A stretch of DNA of 63,977 nucleotides, filler included, from Welwitschia mirabilis (lineage: Eukaryota): NCBI GenBank assembly GCA_051453625.1. It is 6 parts of one record of this genome, joined end to end, with 100 filler letters (N's around TTAATTAATTAA, not from the genome) between each part and the next. Parts side by side here need not be neighbours in the genome. Positions count along the whole stretch, not along the records: positions 1 to 22,831 come from JBOZIK010000001.1; 5 more parts are not named here. One strand, 5' to 3'. The notes under the pieces were generated by a model that was given only the letters and a program-made list of their open reading frames with translations, ran no database searches and was not told where the DNA came from. Position 1 is the stretch's first letter. Each line of letters opens with the position of its first letter. Positions 1-12,679 of the stretch are shown here, one piece after another. Position numbers and translations under genes: made by a program.

Positions 1-192
1 CATCTCCATCAATTGTGACCAAACATCATAATTGGATTCAGTAAGAACAATTCCTGCATTGAATACACCTTTAGATTAAGCAACAATAGGAATCGACCTG
101 GTTCCAGATGATTCAGTATTTTTTCCACTCTTTTGTCCACAACCTTTCTAATTCATGGATTTTGTGCAAGTAATGGCTCTGATACCAAATTG
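1..192 (-). mobile_element. Ty1/copia 5' end: tRNA-Met PBS and start of gag (element runs off the window's left edge; LTR extends right of 191, extent unresolved)
   Basis: GCTCTGATACCA at 176-187 is the reverse complement of PBS TGGTATCAGAGC, followed by aat-TG (LTR edge at 191). Minus strand 1-120 translates to ...FNAGIVLTESNYDVWSQLMEM, a copia gag N-terminal motif, with one upstream stop. Confidence 0.8.
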
Positions 193-1239
193 AAGCATCT
201 GTGCTACACTAATATGAAATCTATTCACTGAAGTGCTCCTTGGAAACGTCTTGTACTTGAAAGAGGCAAAGAGTCATAACTTATATCCAAAGGTCACGAC
301 CTATGGAAATTATGGAGAGAACAAAAATGTTCAACAGTAACATCATCTAATTTTCCTAGATATTGATGGTATGGTATATGTAAAGCTACTACCCTTTTGT
401 TCGCTTGTAACAAAACTCAAACATAGGGGCAAAAAAGGATTTAAAGCAAGTTTTTAGACAAACTACTAATAATGCATAAGCCCTTTCTTCCTTGGGTTTT
501 ATATGTATGTCTCTTTGTCTTCGATTCAAAAAGTTGGTCTAAATTCTTTTTATGTTTAATCTTTCACAATTTCAAAACTGCCTTTATTATATGATGTGAT
601 TTATTGAAAACATAAACAAGACACCCTCTTAGTCTTAAAATAAAGAAGAAGAAGTCACAAAGGGAAATGAGATAAAAGTTTGTGAAGACTACTTTTGATG
701 TAATTAATAGGTAGATCAATCCTTCACTGCTAGTTCCTATCACTCAAGATGCATTGGATTTTATATTATTCCACATAAAGCAATTCAAATATTGAACTAA
801 AAAGGAATATGAGTATATGAGATATACACAAGTTTAGATTGTTAAAATGTTCATTAAGTATGTTGATTGCTAGTGTGTAACGCTTATTTAAATATTAAAA
901 ATAAATTAGGCATAGGGGAAATGCTTAATGCATAATAGTTAAAGATAACTCAAGTGGTTTTGGCAAAGTTAATCTTGGGAGTCAAGATTTTATTAGAAGA
1001 ATTTATCATTAATTAGTTATGCCTAATTTGACAAAAACTTTGCATATATATTACATGATTTAATCGATAAACAAGTACCTTTATATTCCACAATTCTCTA
1101 GTGTAAATATTCAGGGTATGTCGAAACCTCTTATGTAAGGCAACCTAATAGGTTCATCCTCCTAAATCAGTTCCATTTTTTTAATCCCATCTTTCAATTT
1201 TTTGATGTAAACATTGGCCTTTTTCATGGAAATGTCTGA

Positions 1240-1510
1240 TGTTGCTTCTAATTTGAAGATGACAATTAACTAGTGCAAAATTTTAAATCCCTAATAGAAG
1301 TTCGAGATTTGTGCTATCAATCATACTCCTAAACTGAGCACCATTTTTAATCCATTTATACCACCTTCATTATGCTTAATGCTACTTCTAATTTGAAGAT
1401 GATCATTAAGTAGTGGAATGTTTCATATCCCTAATAGAAGTTTTTTATTTGCGCTATCAATCATACTCCTAAAATGAAGCACCACTTTTAATGCATTTGT
1501 ACCAACTTCA
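1240..1510. repeat. Diverged tandem duplication, ~140-bp unit x2
   Basis: The block (g/a)cttctaatttgaagatga...atccctaatagaagtt...gctatcaatcatactcctaaa...gcacca occurs at ~1240 and ~1380. Confidence 0.85.
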
Positions 1511-2532
1511 CCTACTTGTGCTCCCTCTTGTTCCTTATCTTTCCATAAGGTAACTCATCCAACAAGCCAAAGAGTCTAATGCCAATGTCTTATCAAATTG
1601 AGATGATAAAAAAAGAACATATTGAAACACAATCGTAACTCGCACAACAAAATCAAAAAGCATGAAAAATAGAGGAATATGGTTGCTATATAAAAAGAAC
1701 TTAAGCATTTGTCTACAATGGAATGGATTTAAAAGCATACTTATGTAAAAGAATCTTCAAAAGCTTTAATCTATAGATATTTATTCAACATAAGAATTAT
1801 ATGGTCTTAAGATACTGAAGATAAAGATGCTATAAAGCCTGCACATAAATTTAATCCAGTTATCACGCACTTTGATAGGGCTTAGTCGTAAAAGACAATG
1901 CAAAGGTTGTCTAATTCAAACACATGCTTCCTACACATAAAAAATACTGTATTTCTACTAATAAAAAATAGTCATGTCATTGCAAAGAGTTAAACTCTTA
2001 TGGCTAAGCCAAGAAAAGGAGAAAGGCTAACATGATTGAAGATAAGCACACGTAGGGCAACAACTAAACATTCATAATTGAGCCAGTATGGAGACACACA
2101 CAAAAGTACCTACACTCTTGGCTCGATGAATTGTGACCTTTCCATCTTACATGGCAGGCGAGTACACAAATGGGATGCAAAATACTAAGGGGTGTCACAA
2201 TGATATTGAAACCAAATAGTTCCTACTGTCATTGTTATGTAACCAAACAGTTCCAACCGTTCTTGTGCTTCTAGACACTCTGGGTTGGGTTCCTTCTTGT
2301 CAACTAGGTGAAGCCAACTATTGCTCTGATTCTGACAGTCAGGTCTGCTAAAGTTTTCTTCAAGAAAACATTTCAATGAGAAGTTTACAAAATGAAAGAT
2401 TAGATCACAAAGAGCTTGACATGTTTTTCTTAATTGCTAAGAAAGACCGCATGATCTTCTTAACTACCTTTTCAAGACAAAGTAAATTGTTTTAAGTCAA
2501 AAATCATGATAAAAAGTCATTAAAATACTAAC

Positions 2533-2887
2533 ATGTCAAATGAATACCTCCTTTAAAGTGTGTTAAAGTTTTTATGTGATATTAAGGTTACATCGCCATA
2601 CGATATTCCCGCCTCAGGTTTCCAACTCTAACTCACTTTCACACACACACACACTCTCTTCCCCTCTCTTCTTCCTTTTAAATTTGAATTCTCTCACGTT
2701 TGGGCATTTATACACATAAGAACTGACTTAATAAAGGAAGTCTTTAATGACATCCTTTTAATAACAGTTACAAGAAAATCAAAAGGCCTAGACTGTCTTG
2801 ACAAACTATACCACGTCTAAGTTTGTTTATTGTGTCAAATTTAGAAAGCAAGTGGGCTACAAATTTAAGAGGTATGTCATATGACAT
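2533..2887. mobile_element. Possible MITE/foldback remnant
   Basis: Imperfect inverted ends: atgtcaaatgaatacctcctttaaa (2533-2557) versus the reverse complement of tttaagaggtatgtcatatgacat (2864-2887). No TSD established. Confidence 0.3.
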
Positions 2888-3551
2888 AAACAGAGCCTAA
2901 CGATGAGGTTGCTTCATATTTATTTGATTTTATTTGGAGTATGTAGTTTTCATTAAATGCATCGACTGTTTGAATTACTTCATACCTTCATACCTATTAT
3001 GAAGTTCTCATACTTTATTAGCCATGGTAACTTCATTGCTGAGACGAGTGCTCTTCCCTATAACTAATTAGTTAAAGACACTTGGCTGATCCAATAATCT
3101 ATCATTTTCTTTCTCCTATATTTTGCAGTGTTAAACTCTTGATCTGAATCAGTTCCAATCATTAATTTCTCAACTAATCTATGATACAATGTTAAAAACT
3201 TGAGAATTATTGAAAAAGGATTTAATTTGATTTTATTTAAGACTGAAAATTCAACTAAGATGGTTGCATTCACACATCTTTTGAGTTTCCATTTCCAAGT
3301 GTCAACATACCTCTTATTAAAATTATTTCATTACGTCATTTTAGAACTTAAATCATTATTTTACATAATGCTTTTAGATGTTGGTCATCTTTTTGGTCAA
3401 TCATCATATCTGTGCATTTATTTCCATGTCACAGCTCCATTACAAAGCTAGGATACTTCATCATTCAAGAGCAATAGATTGTATATTATAAGGCTTCACA
3501 TTTCATTTCACGCCTTCTGATATCCTATTCTTCCTTACCCTGGTCATTATG

Positions 3552-3702
3552 ATTGCTTCATAATGCTTGTCTAACTAGCAACTACATATATCAACATACA
3601 CAACGTTTGTGGCAACATGGAAACTATCATTGCTTCATAATGCTCGTCTAACTAGCAAGTCTGTAATACCAACATACATGAGTTTCATGGCAACATGGAA
3701 AC
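3552..3702. repeat. Tandem duplication, ~77-bp unit x2
   Basis: attgcttcataatgct(t/c)gtctaactagcaa...tggcaacatggaaac at 3552 and 3629. Confidence 0.85.
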
Positions 3703-4822
3703 CAAAGCTAACAGTAGTTTAAATTTAAATCCTAAACTGCAAAACAAGATTCTGAAAGACGAAGTCATCAGCTTGGTTAATATTAGACAAAGTCTGCATT
3801 ACACCTGGCTGGGAGCATTTCTTAATCACATGAAAAGATTTTTCCCCATTTAACTCATCCGTCCATGTATGTTAGAACTTGTTCCATTAGAGCTGTCCTC
3901 GAGTGACCAACCCAAACCAAAGGGAAGGAAAACTGTAACAGCTCCATATAATAAATGAGACGTTCCAAACCCATAATGATAACGATGCACATATATATCT
4001 TAAGGATGCTTTATTGCCTTACTAATAGCAATTTAGACCACTGCAGATTCACAATAACCCTGTTAACTTGGAAGTGAGGAATAACTGTTCACACTATTCG
4101 AAAAAGTGAAGGTGATTTTTTCAATGAAAAAATTTGGGAATTTGCAATGGTGAATAAAAAGTNNNNNNNNNNNNNNNNNNNNNNNNNNNNNNNNNNNNNN
4201 NNNNNNNNNNNNNNNNNNNNNNNNNNNNNNNNNNNNNNNNNNNNNNNNNNNNNNNNNNNNNNTTTTTCAATGAAGAAATATGGGAATTTGCAATGGTGAA
4301 TAAAAAATTTGATATGATGCTGTAAAAGTGATTACCATGACCCTTAACACTAAAATTTTTTACCAGCCATAACCATTTTTGAGAGTTGTAGAAATGCAAC
4401 ATTCAATAGGAGTGACCAAAAGATAGATCTTGGAGACCAAACAAAATCGCTTGCAACACGGAATTACTGGGGGAAAGGGGAGGGGGGGGAGTAAAAAGGA
4501 CACCAACAATATGTGAGGGATGTCTAAGAATACAAAAGCTTTCCAAGGAACATGGTTTTTGCATATAAATAAGTAACATCCTGAGATTTAACATAACAAT
4601 AATGTTCTAAAGATTGAACTTAGTTTCCATGATTTTCTCTTGAACCTAGAGAGGATGTCAGGTTATTGACCAATCACCAAATTATGTACAAAAAGGAATT
4701 TATAATGGAAAAGGCAATTTTACATTTTTCCTTTGGCATAAACCTCTTGACCTGCCACCAGTAGTTATAATCACCTTGATATATACTCCAAATTCGTCAA
4801 GGCTGTAGTCTAAATTTTACTT

Positions 4823-4945
4823 TTAAACCATAAACGGACCTGTGTCTGATTCTGAAGCACCCTGCCAGCCAGAACCCACTCTAAACTTACAGACAGGACA
4901 AGTTGCTTGCTGACGCAACCAAGGATCAATACATGCCACATGAAA
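4823..4945 (-). CDS. SDIR1: Terminal coding exon of SDIR1-like RING-H2 E3 ubiquitin-protein ligase
   Basis: Acceptor aaacttgcag| is followed by 41 codons FHVACIDPWLRQQATCPVCKFRVGSGWQGASESDTGPFMV* (TAA at 4823-4825). This matches the SDIR1 C-terminus as I recall it (FHxxCIDPWLRQQGTCPVCKFR..SGWQ...MV). It joins the exon at 12015-12137 in phase 0. Confidence 0.95.
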   Translation of the reverse strand, partial: FHVACIDPWLRQQATCPVCKFRVGSGWQGASESDTGPFMV

Positions 4946-5505
4946 CTGCAAGTTTGTAAGAAAAACTCAGTCAGCAGAAACACAAATCCAACGCTGAATG
5001 TGAAACACTTTTCCAGTGCGAGAAACACAGAATCTGCATATATATAAAGGGAGAGATTAAATGTATTAAACAGACATTCAATTCTCGTAAACCACAACAA
5101 ACACAAAAATCCAGTTGTCATGGGACATCAAGAAAAGCGTGTATGGGCTTTGTACACTAAGAGAGTGGTTATGCCCATTTAAAAAGATAAGGGGAGGGTG
5201 GAACAATGTTCCACTGCAGAATTCTCTCAACCTTGCACTCTAAAAAGAGTGATAATATATCTAAAATCTGATCAAGTAATAATTAATAATTCAGTTGTGA
5301 ATGCTCCCATATCTATTTAATAATAAACCAAAAAGAGTTAGTTAAGACCTTTCATGCCTTGGAGCATGAATTGCATACCAAAAGCACGATATAACAATAT
5401 AACAGATAGAAACGCTTAAAATTGATACCTCTGCTTCAGATATTCTGCAGTTGTCCTAAAATGCAACACCTTCAGACAATCCATTGTGCTTGTTGATCAG
5501 TCTGA

Positions 5506-5646
5506 CATGATTTGTCAACTGACAAAATTCTGCTTCTCTCCAGTTGCTTCACTCTTTCATTCAATCTATTGCACTTATTAATCAATCTACATGATTTTGC
5601 CACTAACAAAATTCTGCTCCTCTCCAGATGCTTCACTCTTTCATTC
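5506..5646. repeat. Intronic direct duplication, 84-bp period
   Basis: catgattt...aaaattctgct(t/c)ctctccag(t/a)tgcttcactctttcattc at 5506 and 5590. This explains the repeated peptide in ORFs 5472-5735 and 5512-5706. Confidence 0.85.
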
Positions 5647-6619
5647 TTTCTGTGTGTCGTCCAATTACATTTTCTCCACAATACTAGGTTGCATATTTCC
5701 CTATAAGCAATAGTAAAAAGTATTATAAACATCAAACATCATCCTTGGAATGGGTTTGAACCTTTAAAATCTAACAAACAGTTGGCTGAATAATAGTGTG
5801 AAAAGCTCTCTACAAACATCTCAAAACAAACTTGCCTGCTTTTACATTTGTTTTGCAAGGCAAATAAGGTTTTCATACCTCTAGTGACCCTCTGAGTACT
5901 GTACTTGTTCTATCTATAATTAGTAGAGCATTCTAAGCCCATGTATTTACACGAAGCAACAGCCTCAACATATTCATTTCCTATTTGAAAAGCAAAATCA
6001 ATATCACGCATCCTGTAGACAATGACTTTTATTTTTTGGACATTACTCTTCATTTCAGACTTATGGCAAAATTTACCCAAAATATGCAGCCTATGTTGGA
6101 AACCTTACATCATTTTAGATATCAGTATTACACCATCTGCACAAGCCAAGAGGTTCACATGATAGTTCTCTACTTATATAGAATGATTAGGGGCAACTTC
6201 ATTTATGCAAGGCTCTAATTCATCAATGTTCCAAAGTGTGAGAGAGAGGGCAACCTTGCTTAAAAACAACAGAAGTAGAAAATGTCAAGCTTTCCTAAGA
6301 AAGCATTGTATATTGTGTATGAGCTCGATACATAACTCTTCGACAGCTTTAGAATGGCAAACAATAAAGTTACTGGAGTTCCAATATTCTACACTTGTTG
6401 CAAAAGTTTATTCCTAAGAACCAAATCATATGCTGAGAAGTTTACAACCAAATGAATGTCTTTTTATTTGAATCTTTGGCTTTGTCAATAAGATGCTTCA
6501 AGGCGACAAGATGAACTACTACATAATGACATTACTAGAAGCCTAATATTGCCCATAGTTTACTTTTGTTTGCCTGTCTATCAAAACTTTGCTTCTAGAA
6601 GTGCTCCCAAGAGTTTTGA

Positions 6620-6960
6620 GAAAAAAATTGTTTATTACAATCAGTCTAATTATTTAAATCTGATTTCTTTCCCTCCTTCAATAACATAAGGCTCTGCGCA
6701 TACACCATTCTTTGTCCAATCCAAATTCTAAAACATGATTGTACTTCTTGTACACCATTTCCCAAGCAAGAGATCCAACCCATTTTAATCCTTCTCCATA
6801 TGAGCCTTATTGCATATGTCGCCTATTCTAATGCTAGCTTTCAGATTCCTCCACGTGAATTTTCAAATAAGAAAAATAATTTGCTATCAGTATTCGAAAA
6901 AGTTATATTCCATTATTATCCTTAGAAAAAAACCTTGATCACATCCATGCTCATCCCAAA
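6620..6960 (-). mobile_element. Possible highly degenerate LINE RNase H / 3' fragment
   Basis: Minus-strand translation gives broken segments (LALE*A..., LLKEG...) loosely resembling plant L1 RNase H. Many stops and frameshifts. Confidence 0.25.
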
Positions 6961-7151
6961 AAAATTATATTCTATATTTTCTCCATTTCAAAGGAACTTC
7001 CAAAACTTTCCTGGTTCTTTTTCAAGTAGACAAAGCAATTCTGATTGGCTTTCTCTAATAAATTCTCTCTTATTGCAGATCATATTCATGTAGGATTTGG
7101 TTTTCTCTACTGATGTTTTGTGACACTCAAGAATCATCCTAGCTTGTCTGC

Positions 7152-7227
7152 ATTCAAGTTGAAAATCCTATCTTTTCTAGAATTCAAGTTGAAAATCCTA
7201 TCTTTTCTAGAATTCAAGTTGAAAATC
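7152..7227. repeat. 30-bp tandem repeat x2.5
   Basis: attcaagttgaaaatcctatcttttctaga repeated perfectly twice plus a partial copy. Confidence 0.9.
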
Positions 7228-7424
7228 TTGCTTTACTTTTTGTACCACTCTACAAGAAAATTTCTTTTTTGGTGTTGGCTAGAATGAAAATTTATTGAAA
7301 TAATAAAAAGGAAAGATCAATGGCAAGATGGAACTAAATTTTCACCTACCTCAAGATGCCAAGTACTTAGAAGACTCGTTAGATTAGTGATAAAAAAATC
7401 ACTACATAAATTTCCTTGAGGACA

Positions 7425-10400
7425 TGTAAATGAAATTTTTTTCCATTTCTAGAAGATTTAATTCTTCTCTCATTCTAGCAATTGTTTTCAACTACACTTT
7501 AAGCCTTTATCTTGACAAGATTTACTCATTCAATATTCATTTCAAAACCCACAAACACTTGAGAGTCATAGTTGATAATCTACACCCACTCAAACTTATT
7601 TTAGCAGTGAAATCTCCATAGATGAACAACTTTCCTATTTGAGAAAAATTAGCAATATCTACAACTAGGTATTGAAAGGGATTTTCATGCGAATAAACTT
7701 TTCCACCATCCCAATGTGCAAAGACCCAAGCCCTTTAAATAGGGTTAGGGTTATAACCCAAGCCAAGCTTCAACCCTAAATCTCATACTCCATATACTAA
7801 TAAGTCTTACTTTATATTTTTAACTTCTAATTACAACATGTTGATGGACAACCAAAGGCTATCCCTCCTTTACAACATTACAACACATTAATAACATAAC
7901 ATATGAGCTCTATTACAAGAGTTAGCTTCAAACTCACACAATCTCCCACTTGAAGACAAATTTACCTCCACCATCCATACGAAGCAAACAGAACGCAAAT
8001 AGGATGACCAACATCATCAAGTCACCTCCGATATTGCATATCTCATTATGATGGTAGGTCCCACTGAAATGACCGTTAGTGAAGACTAAAACATTGATGT
8101 CCAAACTAACCAAACCAAACTAGATCATGGTACGGAAGAGCTAGGTTGCAATAAGCAAGTGGAAATCTCTACCAAGAGTTCTTTTCAGCACTAGCACCAC
8201 AAGCTTTGAAACCCTTCTATATACTAATATTTCACATTAAACCATGCAAACATACCTGACACAATCTCAATGCCATTTTAGAGAAATCCAATATCACCAC
8301 CCTCTATGAACTTTTACTTCAGCACATAAACTTTCCATCTATTGGCAACTGCAACAAACTAAACAACAAAACCCTGTACAACTCCCACTAGCAATATATC
8401 ATGGCCTGGGGTGAATAAATCATGACTCAACCCAAGAAGCATCAAAGCATGATAAGATTATCCTCCATAGCAACAAACCCAACCTATCCCAAAGAATCAG
8501 TCTAATGAGAGGAGGCATCATCACGCATATGCTAGCATCATCATGCATATGCCACAGACAATTTGTCCCCACATTTCCATTCATGTTGCACTTTTAGCAA
8601 ATTGATTGTCACATCTTTTCCTCGTTGTCTCTAGTAGTATTTGAAAAATCTGCAATTAATCTCCAAATTTGAAGATCAATCTTCGATCAAATAAAATTTC
8701 TTGTGGGATCAGCCCAAGAGGAGGTTTTAAACATTGAAAAGGAGCAAAAATACATTTTCTTTTGAAAGTTCAAAATGCTCTTCGACTCAAAACATGCTTA
8801 GCAGTCAAGAAACAATAGGAACCTTGAAAGATGTATAAATTACATTCGTTCATCAACTATGAACATGTAAATGCAAATCTGTATTTGTACACTATCTCCT
8901 TAGTTGGCCAACCATATTTCTAAAACTGATATGTCAAGATTTAAAAATTTCAAATGAGAGTTTGTAAAATATCTATTTCAAAGCTTTCAAATGTCAAATC
9001 CTATGTCAACGTTTTTTAAAAACTATGTTTTAGAAAACATTGCAAGCCAATAAATGATATAATTTGGTGGTTCTCTTCATTATTCAGAAAAAAGCGGGAA
9101 AAAAAAAAAAGAGGCCAACAATGTCATATGATATTATCACATTGGCACTAATTGTCTGGGTGACCTTAGCTTGCTGGTAAGGCATCCAACAAGATCAATG
9201 AGAATCCATCAAGCAAAACCTCATAACCTACTGATTACATACATGCTACTGTGGTATTCAATTGCATTAGCAAATCTAATAACTTTGCTTCTTGCATAGT
9301 CATTCAATGGAGCTTTCTATGAAGATAAACCTTGTTGCATGCATTTGCAATTTCGAAAGACATATCCATCTTCTTTAATAATCCTACTACCATCTCTTCT
9401 TCCTAGAACTTGGTCAAGGTGTAAACCAATAAGGCAAATTTGGACTAAGCCAAGTGCTCCTCGATCTACACCTGAACCATTTATCACTAGATAGAGAGAA
9501 GGGTTTCCCAAAAAGAGTGTGTCATTCTTTCTCAGACAATATATTANNNNNNNNNNNNNNNNNNNNNNNNNNNNNNNNNNNNNNNNNNNNNNNNNNNNNN
9601 NNNNNNNNNNNNNNNNNNNNNNNNNNNNNNNNNNNNNNNNNNNNNNNNNNNNNNNNNNNNNNNNNNNNNNNNNNNNNNNNNNNNNNNNNNNNNNNNNNNN
9701 NNNNNNNNNNNNNNNNNNNNNNNNNNNNNNNNNNNNNNNNNNNNNNNNNNNNNNNNNNNNNNNNNNNNNNNNNNNNNNNNNNNNNNNNNNNNNNNNNNNN
9801 NNNNNNNNNNNNNNNNNNNNNNNNNNNNNNNNNNNNNNNNNNNNNNNNNNNNNNNNNNNNNNNNNNNNNNNNNNNNNNNNNNNNNNNNNNNNNNNNNNNN
9901 NNNNNNNNNNNNNNNNNNNNNNNNNNNNNNNNNNNNNNNNNNNNNNNNNNNNNNTTCTCAGACAAGATATTAATGATTTTGATCTTTCACAATGCCTCCC
10001 ACAAAAACTTTTAATTGTAGCCCTACTTGTATTCATGTCTTCCACCAAATTAAGAATCTACTAACAACAAAAAAAAAAAAAAGATCAATTCAGTTCTAGT
10101 ACAAGCTCTGAATCTCAGAAGTTCACATTGCATGCCCTTAGAGATCTACAACAACCTCTCTGTAGAACCTTGAGAGTTAAAATGAGGTGAAAACCCCTAA
10201 ATTTTCCTTCTTTGGTCCCCTTTGCTACCTCCTTCTTAATCCAATTGCTATGACCGAGGGACCCCAATCCTAGGGCTTTGAGACCAATTGTTACAAGAAA
10301 TTATGCACCAACACAAAGACAAAAGAACAAAAAAAGAAAATAGAAAAAAAGTGATTGTTATGAAAAGCGAGCATCTTAGGTGCATATCCTATAATATACA

Positions 10401-11080
10401 AGTTGGTTTATGGTTCCTACCCATCTATTCAAGAAGCACTCAGAAGCAAAGGCCACTTATGGGCCCTCAACCCAACAAGCAAAGCAATGACCCAGGCGAA
10501 TGTGGTACAATTTCCCATGAATTAAAGAAAAAAGAGAGTTTAAGATATGCAAATTTACATAATAAATCCTCATAGGCAGAGGGAAAAATTGATGGGTGAA
10601 GGAAGAGCTATATTACGAGTCACACCACCAAGCTTTTCCATCATTACACTGGGCAAGATTCAAACCCTTTAAATTAGGTTACAGTTATTACCCATACCAA
10701 GGTTAGAAACCATAAATCTAACCCTCCATTTACTCATAAGCCTCTCTTTATACTCTTAACTTTTAATTACAATATGCAAATGGACTACAATCAGCTAGAC
10801 TTATTCACAATGAAGAGCTATATTACGAGTCATGCAACCAAACTTTTCCATCATTACAAAGGGCAAGATTCAAACCCTTGAAATTAGGTTACAGTTATTA
10901 CCAATACCAAGCTTAGAAACCATAAATCTAACCCTCCATTTACTCATAAGCCTCTCTTTATACTTAACTTTTAATTACGATATGCAAATGGACTACAATC
11001 AGCTAACCTTATGCACCACATTGCAGTAAATTAACAACATAACATAGGCATTCCAATAAGAGATTTGGTTTCACACCCTA
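7425..11080 (-). mobile_element. Old, internally deleted Ty1/copia element (two diverged LTRs, gag remnant, no recognisable pol) inside the last SDIR1 intron; outer ends approximate
   Basis: PPT/LTR junction ca|atctcccacttg at 7939-7952 (AAGTGGGAGAT-TG on minus). Degenerate PBS gctttgagacca at 10275-10286 is followed by at-TG at 10289. Segment 7697-7940 is homologous to 10840-11080. Minus-strand gag motifs DRGALGLVQICL, NKVYLHRKL and LILLDALPAS* lie at 9160-9480. Confidence 0.75.
10602..11010. repeat. ~210-bp tandem duplication within the 5' LTR
   Basis: gaagagctatattacgagtca...tggactacaatcagcta at 10602 and 10812. Confidence 0.9.
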
Positions 11081-12014
11081 ACCTTCCTACAGCTTGCCGA
11101 CCGCTTCATTTATGTTGGCAACTATCTTTATTAATGGGTTCGATGCAATGAAAATGAATGTTATGTCACATTTCTACAGAATTGATTAACTAGATATGGT
11201 TTTGATCATGTTTCCCATAACAGATTACAAAATGACACATAAAAAAATATTGCTGTGCGGTTATGAGTATTCCAGAACACCCTAAACCCTAAACTCTTGA
11301 CTGTTGTAACTATCCACGTTAGACACCATGTTAGGTTCGATTGCATGTTACAATACCATGCTACATTTCATTTTATAACAAGGTTTATGGAATTTTAAAA
11401 CTCTAACTAATAATGAATATTTGGTTCTCAAGACTCAAGGAATTAATGATCATAAATCATAATAAACCTGCAGCCTTAATGTCTGTGAAGTCTCGATGTG
11501 CATTGTGCCTTTGGAAGTTCTATGCCACCTCCTATAAGTTGCAATTTGTGTCATCTCTGTGTGCACAGTGCATGCATTTGAGCATCATCTGATTTAAGTG
11601 TAGCTCCAAAAAAGTTTAAATTCCTTAGAGAACCCACTACTACCCAACTACTTTCATGGCTACTCAAACTATATCAGTAAGTTTCTAAAATAAAGGATGA
11701 TAAAAGACTAGGCACGTCAAAATCAGCAGAAAACTTAAAAGAGTATAAAGCACCTTCAAAAGTCATGTAAATGATGGTAATCAAAGCTTCTCTTATACTC
11801 CTCACATGTATCCATTGCAATAATATCAAAACACATTTGATAACTATGGATATTATATCAGGTTTTTGTATACCGAGAAGTAGTTTGATGTCCAGAAAAA
11901 TCCCCCCACAAACAGATTACCATTCTTCTAAAACAAATCCACAGATATGCTTGGATTCATAAGAAAGACAGAGATGACAGCAAAGATAACAGTAAAATAA
12001 ATATATGTACTTAC

Positions 12015-12137
12015 TTGATGTAAACATGGTAAGCTACGAACTAATTCCCCATCGTTAACTTGCTCAAGGCAAACACTGCAGGTCAATTCTTCTTCATGTC
12101 CTCTCCCTTTGTTCTCAGCCTCTGAGTCAGCTTTCCT
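12015..12137 (-). CDS. SDIR1: Penultimate coding exon of SDIR1-like RING-H2 E3 ligase (first half of RING)
   Basis: Acceptor catttgacag| is followed by RKADSEAENKGRGHEEELTCSVCLEQVNDGELVRSLPCLHQ and a consensus donor |gtaagt. 123 nt, no stops. ELTCSVCLEQV..GE.VR.LPCLHQ is the SDIR1 signature and completes a C3H2C3 RING with exon 4823-4945. Confidence 0.95.
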
Positions 12138-12679
12138 CTGTCAAATGTTAAGAGATATAAATTAATAAAAAGCAATGTCACAGGTTCTAACAAAAAACAA
12201 AAAGCATAAAATGAAAAGAATTCTCCCTTAGGATAACAATTGAAACAGACAAAATACAGCGTTGTATGATAAACTTTACCAAAAAGCTTAAGAAGCATGA
12301 AATGGCCATCATAGGGAAAAACAACATTTGATTAGTTTGATATTGATAGCAAAAGATAAGGTGCTTTATATATTTGGGTAAATTATCTAGTTGCTGAACT
12401 AAATACCAAGTAAACTTTTCACTCATGCACCTTCTATGTAAAAAATATAATTCCAACTTTTTTTAATGTTCTTGACTTGTTTCCTATCTTCTTGCTTGAT
12501 CTCCTTGTACTTTTACACTACTTATAAACCAAAGCAAAAAGAACATGCAAATTGAATATATTTTCATTATGCTAGTGTAGGAAGTTGACAACAGTTAACA
12601 CCCATTGTTATATGAAACCTTGTGTAATACCCTTACTTCATGGTGTACCCATGCTGTAAGTGGTTAATTTATAACACCA

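Noticed and set aside
2185..2376. 63-aa minus ORF with an acceptor-like site, as a possible extra exon
   Set aside because: SDIR1 already terminates at 4823. No recognisable homology and no partner exon.
4810..5121. 103-aa hydrophobic ORF in the track
   Set aside because: It is an alternative frame overlapping the real SDIR1 terminal exon and its intron.
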